Shown: positions 9,288 to 19,358 of the stretch, one piece after another
How the letters are laid out: each line of letters starts with the position of its first letter
Position numbering within the stretch: position 1 is the stretch's first letter
DNA from: an uncultured Bacilli bacterium
GTDB taxonomy: Bacteria; Bacillota_I; Bacilli_A; RF39; UBA660
Assembly (NCBI GenBank): GCA_944359075.1
Contig: CALVSR010000001.1
Location: forward strand, 1 to 47,002
DNA length: 47,002 nucleotides
Reading direction: 5' to 3'
Made by a program: the position numbers and the translations under genes
The notes under the pieces: generated by a model
Told to the model about the DNA's origin: nothing
Seen by the model: only the letters and a program-made list of their open reading frames with translations
The model's database searches: none

Positions 9288-11039
9288 TTAAATGTTTGAT
9301 TTTAGTCTTGTGTTTAACTCCGTTATCTTTAGTCCAATTTTTGCTTGTATCATGACATCGTTTTCATTTTCCATCTGTTTTTTTAACTTTTTAATCTCCT
9401 GTGTGATTTGATATTCGCGAAGGGTTTGCATGTCATCCAATAATTCTTTCTCTGTTACCTCTTGATTAAGATCTAATTCTAAAGCCTTTTTTAGCACAGG
9501 TAAAAGCTTTTCTTTATCACTTAAATAGGTATAAAAATCGGCTGGTGTTATTATACCATACTTTTGATAATAATAAGAGATTTCACTTGCTAAAAAACGT
9601 TCTTCTTCGTTTGGAAAATTAATTTTTCCCTCATTATAATAGTTTAAACATCTCTTATCTACTAACATATAGTATAAAAGTGCATAGGTTGCTAGGTAAT
9701 ATTTATCCTTTTTGATGGTAGGTGCTTTTATAGTAAATGGTTTTTCTTCTTTTCTTTTCTCTTTTTCTTCGTTTTCTTTCAAGAAGGACAATAACCTTTT
9801 TTCCAAGGTATTATAACTTATATCAAACTCTTTTGCAAGTTTTTTTAAGATAAATTCACGATGAATTTCATCTTCTATTTTACTAGTTTCTTCCAAAACA
9901 CTGCGAATATACTCTGTTTTTTCTAAATCACTATTTAAATTTATATTCGATTTTAAACGTTTTATGCGATAATCACTTAAGGTTATCGCATTATTTACTA
10001 AATTTTGAAAAGCTTCCTTTCCATATTTCAAAATATAGTCATCTGGATCAAGTCCATGATCTAATTCGACTACTGACACTTGACATCCTAACTTTTCTAG
10101 CTCACTTCCATTATCTAGGCAAGCTTTTCGGCCCGGTTCATCACCATCAAAGCTTAAAATCACATGGTCTGATAAACGCTTAATTAAAGCAGCTTGTTCT
10201 TTGGTCATAGCTGTTCCCATAAGACCTACTGCATTTTTGATTCCTGCTTCTTTAGAGCGAATCACAGCCATAAAACCTTCCATCACAATTACTTGATTTT
10301 TGCTACGAACAAATTCACGAGCTAAGTGATAATTATAAAGTGTTTCTCCTTTTTGAAAAATTTTAGTTCCTTTGGTATTCACATATTTATTTTCTTTTAT
10401 ACCATCATAACGCCTACCAGAAAAACCGACTACTCTACCATTTAAATCATATAAAGGGAACATAATTCTATTCATGTAAACATCTTTATCTTGATTAGAT
10501 AGCCCGATATCGTTTAAAACATTTAAATTATAACCTTTACTAACAAGAAGCTTCGTTAAATGATCATTTTTGTCTAAGCTTAAACCAATTTTATATTCTT
10601 GAATCATTTTTTCATCAATCTGGCGATTTGATAAATATTCTTTCGCTTTCTTAGCATAACTACTATTCATATTATTTTGATAATATTTATGGGCTAACTC
10701 ATAGATTTCATATAACTTATCATATTTAGAAGATTTTTTTTGAATATTTAATCCTTTTATTTCTACCCCTGTTTTTTGCGATAATATATATAAAGCTTCT
10801 TTAAAAGATACATGCTCGTAATCCATAATAAAATTAAATACATTGCCACTAGCACCACAGGAAAAGCAGCGATAAATTTGTTTTTCACGAGAAACACTCA
10901 TAGAGGGGTTGGTATCATCATGAAATGGACACACTCCAAAGAAGTTTTTACCTTTTTGTGTAAGAGGTAAATAGCTAGAGACAATATCTACAATATCTAC
11001 TTTACTGCGTATTTCATTAATCACATTGGTATTATCCAT
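9288..11039 (-). CDS. dnaG: DNA primase
   Basis: CHC2 zinc finger CPFHDDTNPSMSV..YRCFSCGASGNVFNF. Toprim region VIVMEGFMAVI...SFDGDEPGRKA. Upstream of sigA. Confidence 0.95.
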   Translation of the reverse strand: MDNTNVINEIRSKVDIVDIVSSYLPLTQKGKNFFGVCPFHDDTNPSMSVSREKQIYRCFSCGASGNVFNFIMDYEHVSFKEALYILSQKTGVEIKGLNIQKKSSKYDKLYEIYELAHKYYQNNMNSSYAKKAKEYLSNRQIDEKMIQEYKIGLSLDKNDHLTKLLVSKGYNLNVLNDIGLSNQDKDVYMNRIMFPLYDLNGRVVGFSGRRYDGIKENKYVNTKGTKIFQKGETLYNYHLAREFVRSKNQVIVMEGFMAVIRSKEAGIKNAVGLMGTAMTKEQAALIKRLSDHVILSFDGDEPGRKACLDNGSELEKLGCQVSVVELDHGLDPDDYILKYGKEAFQNLVNNAITLSDYRIKRLKSNINLNSDLEKTEYIRSVLEETSKIEDEIHREFILKKLAKEFDISYNTLEKRLLSFLKENEEKEKRKEEKPFTIKAPTIKKDKYYLATYALLYYMLVDKRCLNYYNEGKINFPNEEERFLASEISYYYQKYGIITPADFYTYLSDKEKLLPVLKKALELDLNQEVTEKELLDDMQTLREYQITQEIKKLKKQMENENDVMIQAKIGLKITELNTRLKSNI

Positions 11040-11115
11040 AACTCACCTCCAACAAAACATATTATAACACCATGTTTCGACAAATTCTACCGAATTTTCG
11101 TGATAAACTCAAGAC

Positions 11116-11640
11116 ATGAAAAATTTTAAATATATTTTGATTAGTAGTATCATCATCTTTGGTTTAAACTTCTTGGCACACTTTGTGTTTGATATCTTTC
11201 AAAATGATATCATAGCTGTGTTTTTTCCAACCAATGAAAGTATTTTTCAACATATGAAAATGATATTTACTTGTTTTTTTATTTTTTATTTTATCTTATT
11301 TATAGTAAGGAGGAAATTTCATTTTGAGAATGTTTTTTTAGCTAATCTGATAGCTAGTATTAGCACAATAGCATTCTTTTTAATCATTTACATTCCAGTT
11401 TATTTAAGATTTGGAGAACATATGATTTTTACTTTTATTTTATTATTTATCTCTATTCTATTTGGACAATATATATCCTCTTCCTTCTTAAGGAAAAAAG
11501 ATTATAAACAAATAGACATTCTTAGTATTATTTTAATCTCTATTATCTTTATAATCTTGGGGTATTTAACTTATCATCCAATGGAAAACTTTATATTCTG
11601 GGATCCACAACATGAAACCTATGAAAGAGTCTTGAAATAG
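11116..11640 (+). CDS. Integral membrane protein (possibly DUF6512-like)
   Basis: About 6 predicted TM helices. The PTNESIFQHMKM motif resembles the NES.WEH.K motif I associate with DUF6512. Confidence 0.55.
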   Translation: MKNFKYILISSIIIFGLNFLAHFVFDIFQNDIIAVFFPTNESIFQHMKMIFTCFFIFYFILFIVRRKFHFENVFLANLIASISTIAFFLIIYIPVYLRFGEHMIFTFILLFISILFGQYISSSFLRKKDYKQIDILSIILISIIFIILGYLTYHPMENFIFWDPQHETYERVLK

Positions 11641-11708
11641 ACTTTTTTATTTGGAATATTATACTCTTGTATCCATTATTGCTTCCGAAAATTTATTATT
11701 TCCCATAA

Positions 11709-12740
11709 TTAGATTTGTTCATTTAATTCAAAATTTTTCTTTTCTTCTTCCACTGCTTCTATCAATTCTTGTTCTGTTGGTAAATGTAATTTATAACTAG
11801 CCGAAAAAATATTTTTACTATCTTTAGGAAGTGTATATTTTACAACAGTTTTATTTTTTACTGTTGATAGTAAAATGCCAACTGTTGGATTTTCATCAGT
11901 ATTTTTTATTTCTCTATCATAGTAATTTACATACATTTGCATTTGTCCAATATCTTGATGTGTTACTTTACCAATTTTTAAATCTATTATCACAAAACAT
12001 TTAGCCAATCTATTATAAAATACTAAATCTGGATAAAAATGATCTTCTTCCAAAGTAATTCTTACTTGTGAGCCTACAAACATAAATCCACGCCCTAATT
12101 CAAGCAAAAATTCTCTCAAATGTTTTAATATATTTTTCTCTAAATCCGTTTCTAAATATTCTGTATTTTCTTTAATATCTAAAAATTCTAAAACGAAAGG
12201 ATCTTTTACCAAATCTTTCCCTTTTTTTATCACTTGACCTGTTTTGGATAATTCTAAAACTTTACTTTTATTTTTGGAAAATATAAGTCTTTCATATAAT
12301 AGTGAACTAATTTGTCTTTCTAATTCTCGAACACTCCAATTAGAATTTATGCACTCTTTTTCATAAAAACTTCTTTTATTTTGTTCATCCACTTTTAATA
12401 GTTCTAAATAATGGGACCAACTTAATTTGGAAGACACTGTCTTCCAAATTGGATATACCAAATAAAATTTTCTCATAGTTCTTAAATTTCTGGAAGAAAA
12501 ACCCTTACCAAATTCATTTGTTAGTTTTAAAGATAATTTTTCTAAAATATTATCACCATAACTAGCTCTTTCATCGCCATGTTGAATTTTCATTATAACT
12601 CTTCCAATATTCCAATATAAATGAAGCATTTCAGTATTTACAGCAGAATAAACTTTATTTCTACTGCTAATTACTAATTCTTTAATATTATCAAATATAT
12701 TATTAATCTCATTTTCCTCTTTTATTAAATGATTATCCAT
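11709..12740 (-). CDS. PDDEXK nuclease-fold protein, YhcG/DUF1016 family
   Basis: N-terminal LHLYWNIGRVI...FGKGFSSRNLRTMRKFYLVYP and C-terminal YPDLVFYNRLAKCFVIIDLKIGKVTHQDIGQMQMYVNYY (D...D/E-x-K core). Confidence 0.8.
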   Translation of the reverse strand: MDNHLIKEENEINNIFDNIKELVISSRNKVYSAVNTEMLHLYWNIGRVIMKIQHGDERASYGDNILEKLSLKLTNEFGKGFSSRNLRTMRKFYLVYPIWKTVSSKLSWSHYLELLKVDEQNKRSFYEKECINSNWSVRELERQISSLLYERLIFSKNKSKVLELSKTGQVIKKGKDLVKDPFVLEFLDIKENTEYLETDLEKNILKHLREFLLELGRGFMFVGSQVRITLEEDHFYPDLVFYNRLAKCFVIIDLKIGKVTHQDIGQMQMYVNYYDREIKNTDENPTVGILLSTVKNKTVVKYTLPKDSKNIFSASYKLHLPTEQELIEAVEEEKKNFELNEQI

Positions 12741-12873
12741 TCATTTCCTCCCATCTTTGCATAAGAAATCAACATTTTTCCATTCGTTTTTACTATTTTA
12801 TTCTTAATATTATTATACTGAAAATCTTTTCGTTATTCTCCATTAATATAGTTTTTTTAAAATAATATTTCAT

Positions 12874-12908
12874 TAAAAAAACAAGCCAGCAAATAAGTTT
12901 AGCTTGTA
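12874..12908 (-). terminator. Rho-independent terminator
   Basis: Minus-strand stem ACAAGC/GCTTGT followed by a T7 run, downstream of the 12948 stop. Confidence 0.55.
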
Positions 12909-12947
12909 ATGTTCTTTATTATTTTTTATATATAATAGGCCTCATAT

Positions 12948-14148
12948 TTATACTTTTTTTAATAATTTAACAGTTTTTTTATTTTCTATCTCAGAAACTT
13001 GCAAAATTCCTTTTCTAGATTGTGCTTTGATATCTACATTAAAAATAATTTGGTCATCAAAGTCATTTTTATGTTTTTCTAACAAATTTAACCAATCAGG
13101 AGAAATCTTATCGGCAGGTATTTCTAAAGAAAGAATGTTTTTTATTAACATAGGACTAGGGTCTCTATTGATTGAATAACTAAATACATCATCTATACCA
13201 TCCCAAAATATCAGTGAGTCATTACCTAAAGGAGTCCGAATCCAAGCCGAATTAAATTCTAGACGAATTGTATCATGATTATTATTAAAAAATCTATTCT
13301 TTAATTGCATTAAATCAGATGAGAACAATTCATCAATAAGATAAGAAAATTTATTTTGATCTATGATTTCTACTATAGGAATATATTTTCTGCCATCAAC
13401 AGGAGTTAGCATATTATCATAAACAAGCTTATACAATTCCTGTTCTTGTTTTTCTACTACAAAAATTGCCTCATATAAAAATTTACTATACCAACCATAT
13501 TTTAGATATTGGATTTTTTTTAGAATATCAAGATATTTTTTTTCAACAAACAATCTTATTTTTCTATCACATACACCTTGAATCCCATCATTATCTGAAA
13601 GTAGTCCATAAAAGTAAAACTTCCTATTTTCAGACTGAATACTTATACAATTATTTAATTCATCTAATATATGTTTACATTCTTTATACTTCTCTCTTTT
13701 AATCTTGTCTCAATCCATTTATCATCATAGCCACGCTTACGATAATAACCAATGGCTCTCTTAATCGCTATTTCAGGATCAAATACTTCATCAATTCTTT
13801 CACTACCTAGATTTGCTAACCAAACTTTAAAAGGCTCTGCTTTAGGACTAGGTACTGATTCTATCAGTCTTAAAATTCCTTTTGTATCTAATGTATCGGT
13901 CAAATAGTTTTTCCATCTTTTTAAGATTTCATTTTCAGTTGTACGATATTTTCGTACAACTGGCTTCCTTCTTCTATCAGTTTTCTTTTTAAATCTGACC
14001 AATATCTTTTTGGAATATTACTATCAGTTAAAGCACCAATGACATCCACTACACAAAAATAATACTCTTCCTTTTCACTATCCCAGATACTTCTAATTTC
14101 ACTACCTTCAAAAAGATTTGATATCGTTTCTAATTTACCATCTTTCAT
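12948..14148 (-). pseudogene. Bro-N domain protein with unrecognised ~250-aa C-terminal part, broken into three ORFs (13921..14148, 13664..14002, 12948..13553)
   Basis: Bro-N-like N-terminus SEIRSIWDSEKEEYYFCVVDVIGAL. In-frame TAA at 13921-13923, then a frame change at the T5 run 13908-13912. Conserved LRLIESVPSPKAEPFKVWLANLGSERIDE. The third ORF frame is open upstream to 13709 with no ATG/GTG/TTG before the SD-less TTG at 13553. One extra A in the AAAA run near 13700 would join the frames. Confidence 0.55.
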
Positions 14149-14189
14149 TATGAATTCCCCCTCGTATAATACTTATTACTATTTAAGAT

Positions 14190-14783
14190 TTATTGTTTCA
14201 TTTCTGTTTTTATTTCTTTTACAAATTTTTCTGGAGTTGGTAGTTTTTCAGGCATAGTACTGCCAATTTCTTTAATGGCATTTCTAACAGCTTTACCTGC
14301 TTTATAATGTGTATCACAAGCTTCCTCTTCCCCTTTAATTTTTTTCTTATCAAGAACATCTTCTGTTTGAGTAACTCTAAATAAATTAGCGGCTAGTTCC
14401 GTACTACCCATTTCTGTGATTTCTTGTTTTCTAGTTTGAATCGCAAAATAAGTTTGTCCAAGGGCAATTACTTCTTTTTTGGGATTACCATTTTGTACAA
14501 TTAAATAACAAGCATATCTTGATAGTTTGTAATCAAGAACATTTTGAATATTTCCATTACCTCCAACTATCGGCTTGTTGAGTTCAACAAACTGTTCAAA
14601 GACCTCATTATTGCTAAGTTTACAAGCAATCATTGCCTTTCCTAAAACTTTCTTAAAATTTCTCCATTCTTTATATTCCAATACTTTTTGAAGCTCTCTG
14701 GCTTCCCAATATTCAACTCCGTTTTCATCAATGTGTTTAATACTTTCAAATAATTTATCACTATATAAAATTTCGTTTTTCAA
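14190..14783 (-). CDS. DNA damage-inducible protein D (DinD)-like, short form
   Basis: TTG start after a GGGGGAGG RBS. Motifs WEARELQKVLEYKEWRNF, LSRYACYLIVQNGNPKK, GQTYFAIQTR then directly MGSTELAANLFRVTQTE...MPEKLPTP. Relative to my recollection of the ~270-aa family, a central ~70-80 aa appears to be missing. Confidence 0.7.
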   Translation of the reverse strand: MKNEILYSDKLFESIKHIDENGVEYWEARELQKVLEYKEWRNFKKVLGKAMIACKLSNNEVFEQFVELNKPIVGGNGNIQNVLDYKLSRYACYLIVQNGNPKKEVIALGQTYFAIQTRKQEITEMGSTELAANLFRVTQTEDVLDKKKIKGEEEACDTHYKAGKAVRNAIKEIGSTMPEKLPTPEKFVKEIKTEMKQ

Positions 14784-15049
14784 ATTCCTTTCCTCCCCCT
14801 TAATTTTTATATTCCCTTTTTATTCTTTAGACTAAGGCGTAATGTTTTGATATCTTAGCAAAAACCTCCTTTTTCTCATATTTCTCCCGACAATAACACG
14901 CTATAGTATAATCTTCTTTGCTCCTCCTACTATGGAAGGTTAGGACTCTTTGCATTTTCATTATATCGTTTTGGTATCTAAAATTAAATCGAACAAACCC
15001 CATTTATAAAGAAAAAAACAAGTTTTATAGAACCTGTTTCTTCCCATTT

Positions 15050-15550
15050 TTATATTTTCTTTGAATAGATTTTTCTTAGAAAACCACTACTTACAACTTC
15101 GGTTTTCACATATTCTATCCCTAGTTTGTGGATTAGTTGATTACTAGCAATATTATCGGGGTGAGCCATTGTTACAATGTAATCAAAATGATTATCTTTT
15201 GCATAACCTTCTAATATGCCCATAATATGAGTCATAATACCCTGTTTACGATATTCTTTTAAGCACAATGCACCACCTAATTCACAAACTTTTTTACCTT
15301 CCAATCCTAATAACTTAATGTATTCTTGTAGCATATCCTGTTGTACATAAAGTTGACCCATGGCAACTAATTTGTCACCATCATAAGCGCCATATAAAGG
15401 TGCATAACTTTCATCAAACATTTTTTCATATTCCCATTCTTCATAAGGAATAAAAAATTCAGGATTTTCTAACCCCCCAATTACAGTATTAATTAATTCC
15501 CTAACCTTGCTTGCTTCTTCCTTAGAAATTTTTCTATACACTAGATTCAT
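15050..15550 (-). CDS. GNAT family N-acetyltransferase
   Basis: 166 aa with acetyl-CoA motif CLKEYRKQGIMTHIMG. The ATG overlaps the stop of the upstream cutA-like frame (ATGA). Confidence 0.85.
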   Translation of the reverse strand: MNLVYRKISKEEASKVRELINTVIGGLENPEFFIPYEEWEYEKMFDESYAPLYGAYDGDKLVAMGQLYVQQDMLQEYIKLLGLEGKKVCELGGALCLKEYRKQGIMTHIMGILEGYAKDNHFDYIVTMAHPDNIASNQLIHKLGIEYVKTEVVSSGFLRKIYSKKI

Positions 15551-15834
15551 TTCGTTTCCTCCTCAATCCAATTCAAATATCCTTGAAAGCCATCTACAAT
15601 ATCATACATAATGATTTGTGGAGTTTCATAACTATGTAATTTTAATATTTCCTGTTCTACTTCTTTATATAGATTTTTCTTAGATTTTATTTGTAGCAAA
15701 AATTCCTTACTATGTTCAATGTTTCCTTTCCAATGATAAGAACTAGTGATATTACTGAGCTGACAACAACTGACTAGTCTTTTATCAAGTAGTATTTCAA
15801 TTACTTTATTTGCTTCTTCTGCTATTGCTTTTTT
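15547..15834 (-). pseudogene. cutA: CutA1-like divalent-cation tolerance domain lacking any start codon
   Basis: Hand translation: KKAIAEEANKVIEILLDKRLVSCCQLSNITSSYHWKGNIEHSKEFLLQIKSKKNLYKEVEQEILKLHSYETPQIIMYDIVDGFQGYLNWIEEETK. Begins immediately after the TAA at 15835-15837, in the same frame as the upstream ORF. No ATG/GTG/TTG until near the end, so the first beta-strand is missing. Confidence 0.6.
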
Positions 15835-16754
15835 TTAATTCCTAAAATCATTCTTTATATTTTTCAAACCATCTTCCATGTTGATTTTTGTTGGAATAAT
15901 GTATTTTGCATTTACTTTATGTGATATTAAATTTGTTATGACTTTCATTGCTCTTGAACCATCAAACCATTTTGGATTATCACTATTTTGTCTCACTTTA
16001 TCTAATGAAGCAACAAGAGCATTTCTATCATATTTATCACTCATATCTAATGTTATCATATATTTTTGATTTTCATTTAAATATAATTCATTATTTAATA
16101 ATTCATATCTAGCATTGTTATACCAATATAAATGGTCACCACCTGCTAATATTAAAATTTCTGCATCTATATCTATGTTGCCAATTAAATCATCTACATA
16201 ATTATATACTTCTTCAAATGTAACAGTTGGTACATCTTCCTTTAAACTATCAAACTTGTTTGTGATATCTACAACACCAAAATTATAATATTTTTTGTCT
16301 ATTACTTTTTTATTTTTTACAAATATAAGCTCAATAGAGCCACCGCCTCCAATAAATACGCAAATATTTTTATCATAATCTATGTCATTATAACAGCCAA
16401 GTGCTGTATAATATGCCTCATCTTCTTGACTAACCACTTCAATTTTTAAATTATATTTATTGTATAATGCATTATTTATTTCTTCTAATTCTTCTTTAGA
16501 AATATTTCTAAAAAACTACATCCATAAATATGAATATTTTTTGTATATTCTAACGATTTATCTATGATTTTATATAATTTACCTAAATCAGTTGATATTA
16601 TTTTATTCTCTTTTTTATAATTGTTTTTAAATTCAATAGTGGTATTGTTTTCATATATCACTTTATTATCTTCATAAACATGTGTTTTTGTATTATTACT
16701 TCCTATTTCTATAATAGCAAATTTTTCTTTCATATTCATAAATCCTCCTACCAT
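15835..16754 (-). pseudogene. Ppx/GppA-like (ASKHA fold) phosphatase, frameshifted
   Basis: N-terminal FAIIEIGSNNTK (phosphate-1 motif) in ORF 16485..16754. It continues in ORF 15835..16437 with QEDEAYYTALG and VFIGGGGSIEL. The frames join if the A6 run at 16510-16515 (T6 in sense) had one more base: ..GCSFFRNISKEELEE.. Confidence 0.6.
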
Positions 16755-16796
16755 TTTATAAGTATCTACTTAATTGGGTATATTTATTTTTCATCA

Positions 16797-17438
16797 TTAT
16801 CGATTTTCCCCTTCAACTAGCATTAGATGCTTTTTTAGTTTATCGAGATTTGAAGCAATTGATAAAAGATAAGGAATATTACTTACTAAATCTATATCAT
16901 CTATTTGCTTTATTGAAGGGTCTAATGGTAATATTCTTTGTTCATATAATTCTTGATTTAATAAATCTTCTAACTTATCTACTCTATCTGCTACATAATT
17001 TTCAAAATAATATAAGGTCCAAACCTTTTTAGATTTAGAATATTTTAGTTCAAAAATCGGTAATAACTCATCAGCTATATGAACATCATTTAGGCGAAAA
17101 GTCTTTTTATATTCATCTATTAAGATTTGCTTTCTTATATTTTTGGTATAACCTCTTTCTTTTTCATAAATTTCCTTGTATACTTTTTGATATTCTTCAA
17201 TCAATTCTTTGTATGTTATATCTTCTTTACTAAATTTATAATTATCAATTGTGAATTTATGATCCAATTCATAAAAAGGGTAAAGACAGTCCCATGTACC
17301 TGGATTTGTATTATATACAACAATTCCTGATTTATTTTTATAACAAACATTTGTGTATAAATTCATAGCATTATCCAGTCTAATTGGTAGCATTTCTTTA
17401 GGTACTTTTTCATTTAAAATGTCTTTCGTAATAATCAT
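16797..17438 (-). CDS. Hypothetical protein, 213 aa
   Basis: Intact ORF with no motif I recognise. Confidence 0.45.
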   Translation of the reverse strand: MIITKDILNEKVPKEMLPIRLDNAMNLYTNVCYKNKSGIVVYNTNPGTWDCLYPFYELDHKFTIDNYKFSKEDITYKELIEEYQKVYKEIYEKERGYTKNIRKQILIDEYKKTFRLNDVHIADELLPIFELKYSKSKKVWTLYYFENYVADRVDKLEDLLNQELYEQRILPLDPSIKQIDDIDLVSNIPYLLSIASNLDKLKKHLMLVEGENR

Positions 17439-17515
17439 TAATTTTCCTTCTTTCCCTTATCTATCGCATTTGTTTTTTATCAAGCTTCATTTCATCATAA
17501 AATTCATTATAAATT

Positions 17516-18661
17516 TTATCTTTTAATTGTTCCACCATGACATTTTAATTCATAAACTTTAACAGTGCCTTTATGAATGGTTTCAATTCCCTCAAAATTA
17601 TCTAAATTACCATTTACTAAAAAGTTATATTTATAATCTCCATTTTGATAATTTTTTGGTCCTCTAACAGGAATTACTTCTGTATCTTCGCCAACCATCA
17701 TTAATGCCGGTCTTAAAGCTTTATCCATAGCTTCTTCGCTAAGTGTTTCATCTAAAGTTAGCCCATAATAATTCATTCCCCAAATAGGTGTTTCTTCAGT
17801 TAAATATACGACTTCTTCTCCCATAAATTTTGTTCCACCAAAGTAAGTGTCATGATATATCATCCCATTGTTTTCATAATGATAATCGTGAGAACCCTTT
17901 CTTGAAGAAGTCACTTTTTCTGCGTTTTCATTGGCATAAGTATGTTTTTTTGCCTCAATTAAAAAATTATATAAATCTTCTATTTTCTTTTCTTTTATCA
18001 ATCTATCCAAATCATAAATTCCATTAGGTTTCTTATTTTTCATCATCAATGCAATAGTTAAAACATCCTTTGCAAGTTCCTTAAAACCAATAACTCTACA
18101 ATTTAAATCTGCAACTTTCCAATCATTAATAAGTTCATCATATTTTAAAAAGGATTTAATTTCTACTTTTTTGCCTGCTTCATCTAATACTCTTTTGGCA
18201 ATAACTTTCGCGGTTTCACTAGGTATCTTTTTTGTTTTATAATGTGTTTCAATTAATTCAATATTTTCTTCTTCACATCTTTTAGCATACTCAACAACAT
18301 CATCAATAAATTTTTTTACTTCAAATCTAAAGTTGCCTCCTCTAAATACTGGGATTATATTGGATGCTTCTTCGAATGCTTTCATTTGCTCATCAGTTAA
18401 TCCTGCTGTACCAATAATAATTGGTTTTTTCATTTTCAAGGCATAATCTAATATTTTGTTAAAACTATCTTTGTGTGAAAAATCTACAATCACATCAAAA
18501 TCTTCTTTTACGCTATCTAATTCATCATAGTGATAGAAATTATTATCACTTCTACAGATACCTGCAACTATTTCTACTGAGTCACTTGTTTTAGCAATTT
18601 CTAATGCCTCTTTTCCAGTTCTGCCTGTTATTCCACTCCATAAAATTTTAACTTTTTCCAT
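17516..18661 (-). CDS. DapB-like (dihydrodipicolinate reductase fold) domain fused to a DUF5680-like C-terminal domain
   Basis: N-terminal KILWSGITGRTGKEA Rossmann motif and ETHYKTKKIPSETA (compare DapB E.HH..K.DAPSGTA). C-terminal 150 aa: KKHTYANE...YHDTYFGGTKFMGEEVVY...WGMNYYG...PVRGP, matching my recollection of DUF5680. Confidence 0.55.
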   Translation of the reverse strand: MEKVKILWSGITGRTGKEALEIAKTSDSVEIVAGICRSDNNFYHYDELDSVKEDFDVIVDFSHKDSFNKILDYALKMKKPIIIGTAGLTDEQMKAFEEASNIIPVFRGGNFRFEVKKFIDDVVEYAKRCEEENIELIETHYKTKKIPSETAKVIAKRVLDEAGKKVEIKSFLKYDELINDWKVADLNCRVIGFKELAKDVLTIALMMKNKKPNGIYDLDRLIKEKKIEDLYNFLIEAKKHTYANENAEKVTSSRKGSHDYHYENNGMIYHDTYFGGTKFMGEEVVYLTEETPIWGMNYYGLTLDETLSEEAMDKALRPALMMVGEDTEVIPVRGPKNYQNGDYKYNFLVNGNLDNFEGIETIHKGTVKVYELKCHGGTIKR

Positions 18662-18675
18662 ATTGATTATTCTCC

Positions 18676-19358
18676 TTAGTTATTTATATTTTTAATTCCA
18701 ACTTCTGGTATCATGACATCTTTTGGAGTATCAATGATAAATTCTATTAGTCTAGCCACTTCTTTGGTATCCAATCCATTAGCCATATTCTTTTGAATAT
18801 TCATTTTCTGAAACATATCTGTCTTCATCATACCAGGCATTACATCTGTAACTCTAATCCCATATTTAGCAACTTCATCTTGCAACGATTTTGTAAATCC
18901 AGTCACTCCCCATTTAGAAGTATTATATACAGTTCTTTCAGCCTTGTGATTGATTCCTGCTTGTGAATTTATATTAATAATTAGTCCATTCTTATTTTGT
19001 TTCATAGAAGGTACTACTGCTTTTGATACATTAATTACCCCAAGTAAATTAACCTCTATTACTGATTTTATTCTTTCACTGTCATTTACATCTAATTCTT
19101 CTTGAATCCATAATCCAGCATTATTAATTAAGACATCTATTTTGTGATAGTCTGTTATAATTTCATTAATTACCTTCTCAACAGAATGATAATCACTTAC
19201 ATCACATACTTTATATGCACAATGATTCTCATTTGCAACACTTATCAATTTGGTTTTATTGGTTGCTAGAATAATCACATCATTCTCTTTTGATAATACC
19301 TCTGCTAAGGACTTACCAAGTCCATCGCTCCCCCCGTTATTAGGATTGTTTTTCTCAT
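18676..19358 (-). pseudogene. Short-chain dehydrogenase/reductase (SDR), frameshifted in a poly-G tract
   Basis: ATG at 19358 gives MRKTILITGG, then the frame is lost. With G7 instead of G6 (C-run 19330-19335) it reads TGGSDGLGKSLAEVLSKENDVIILATNK, joining ORF 18676..19278. That ORF carries NNAG and the YNTSK catalytic motif. Confidence 0.7.

Noticed and set aside
12948-14783. An intact prophage or ICE, because of the Bro-N and DinD-like genes
   Set aside because: No integrase, terminase, capsid, relaxase or flanking att-like repeats are visible. The genes are truncated or broken. At most this is a remnant.
15835-15837. In-frame TAA as evidence for an alternative genetic code or programmed read-through
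   Set aside because: TAA ends many well-bounded genes here (e.g. sigA). All core genes translate cleanly with the standard code. A deletion or nonsense lesion in a decaying region is the simpler explanation.
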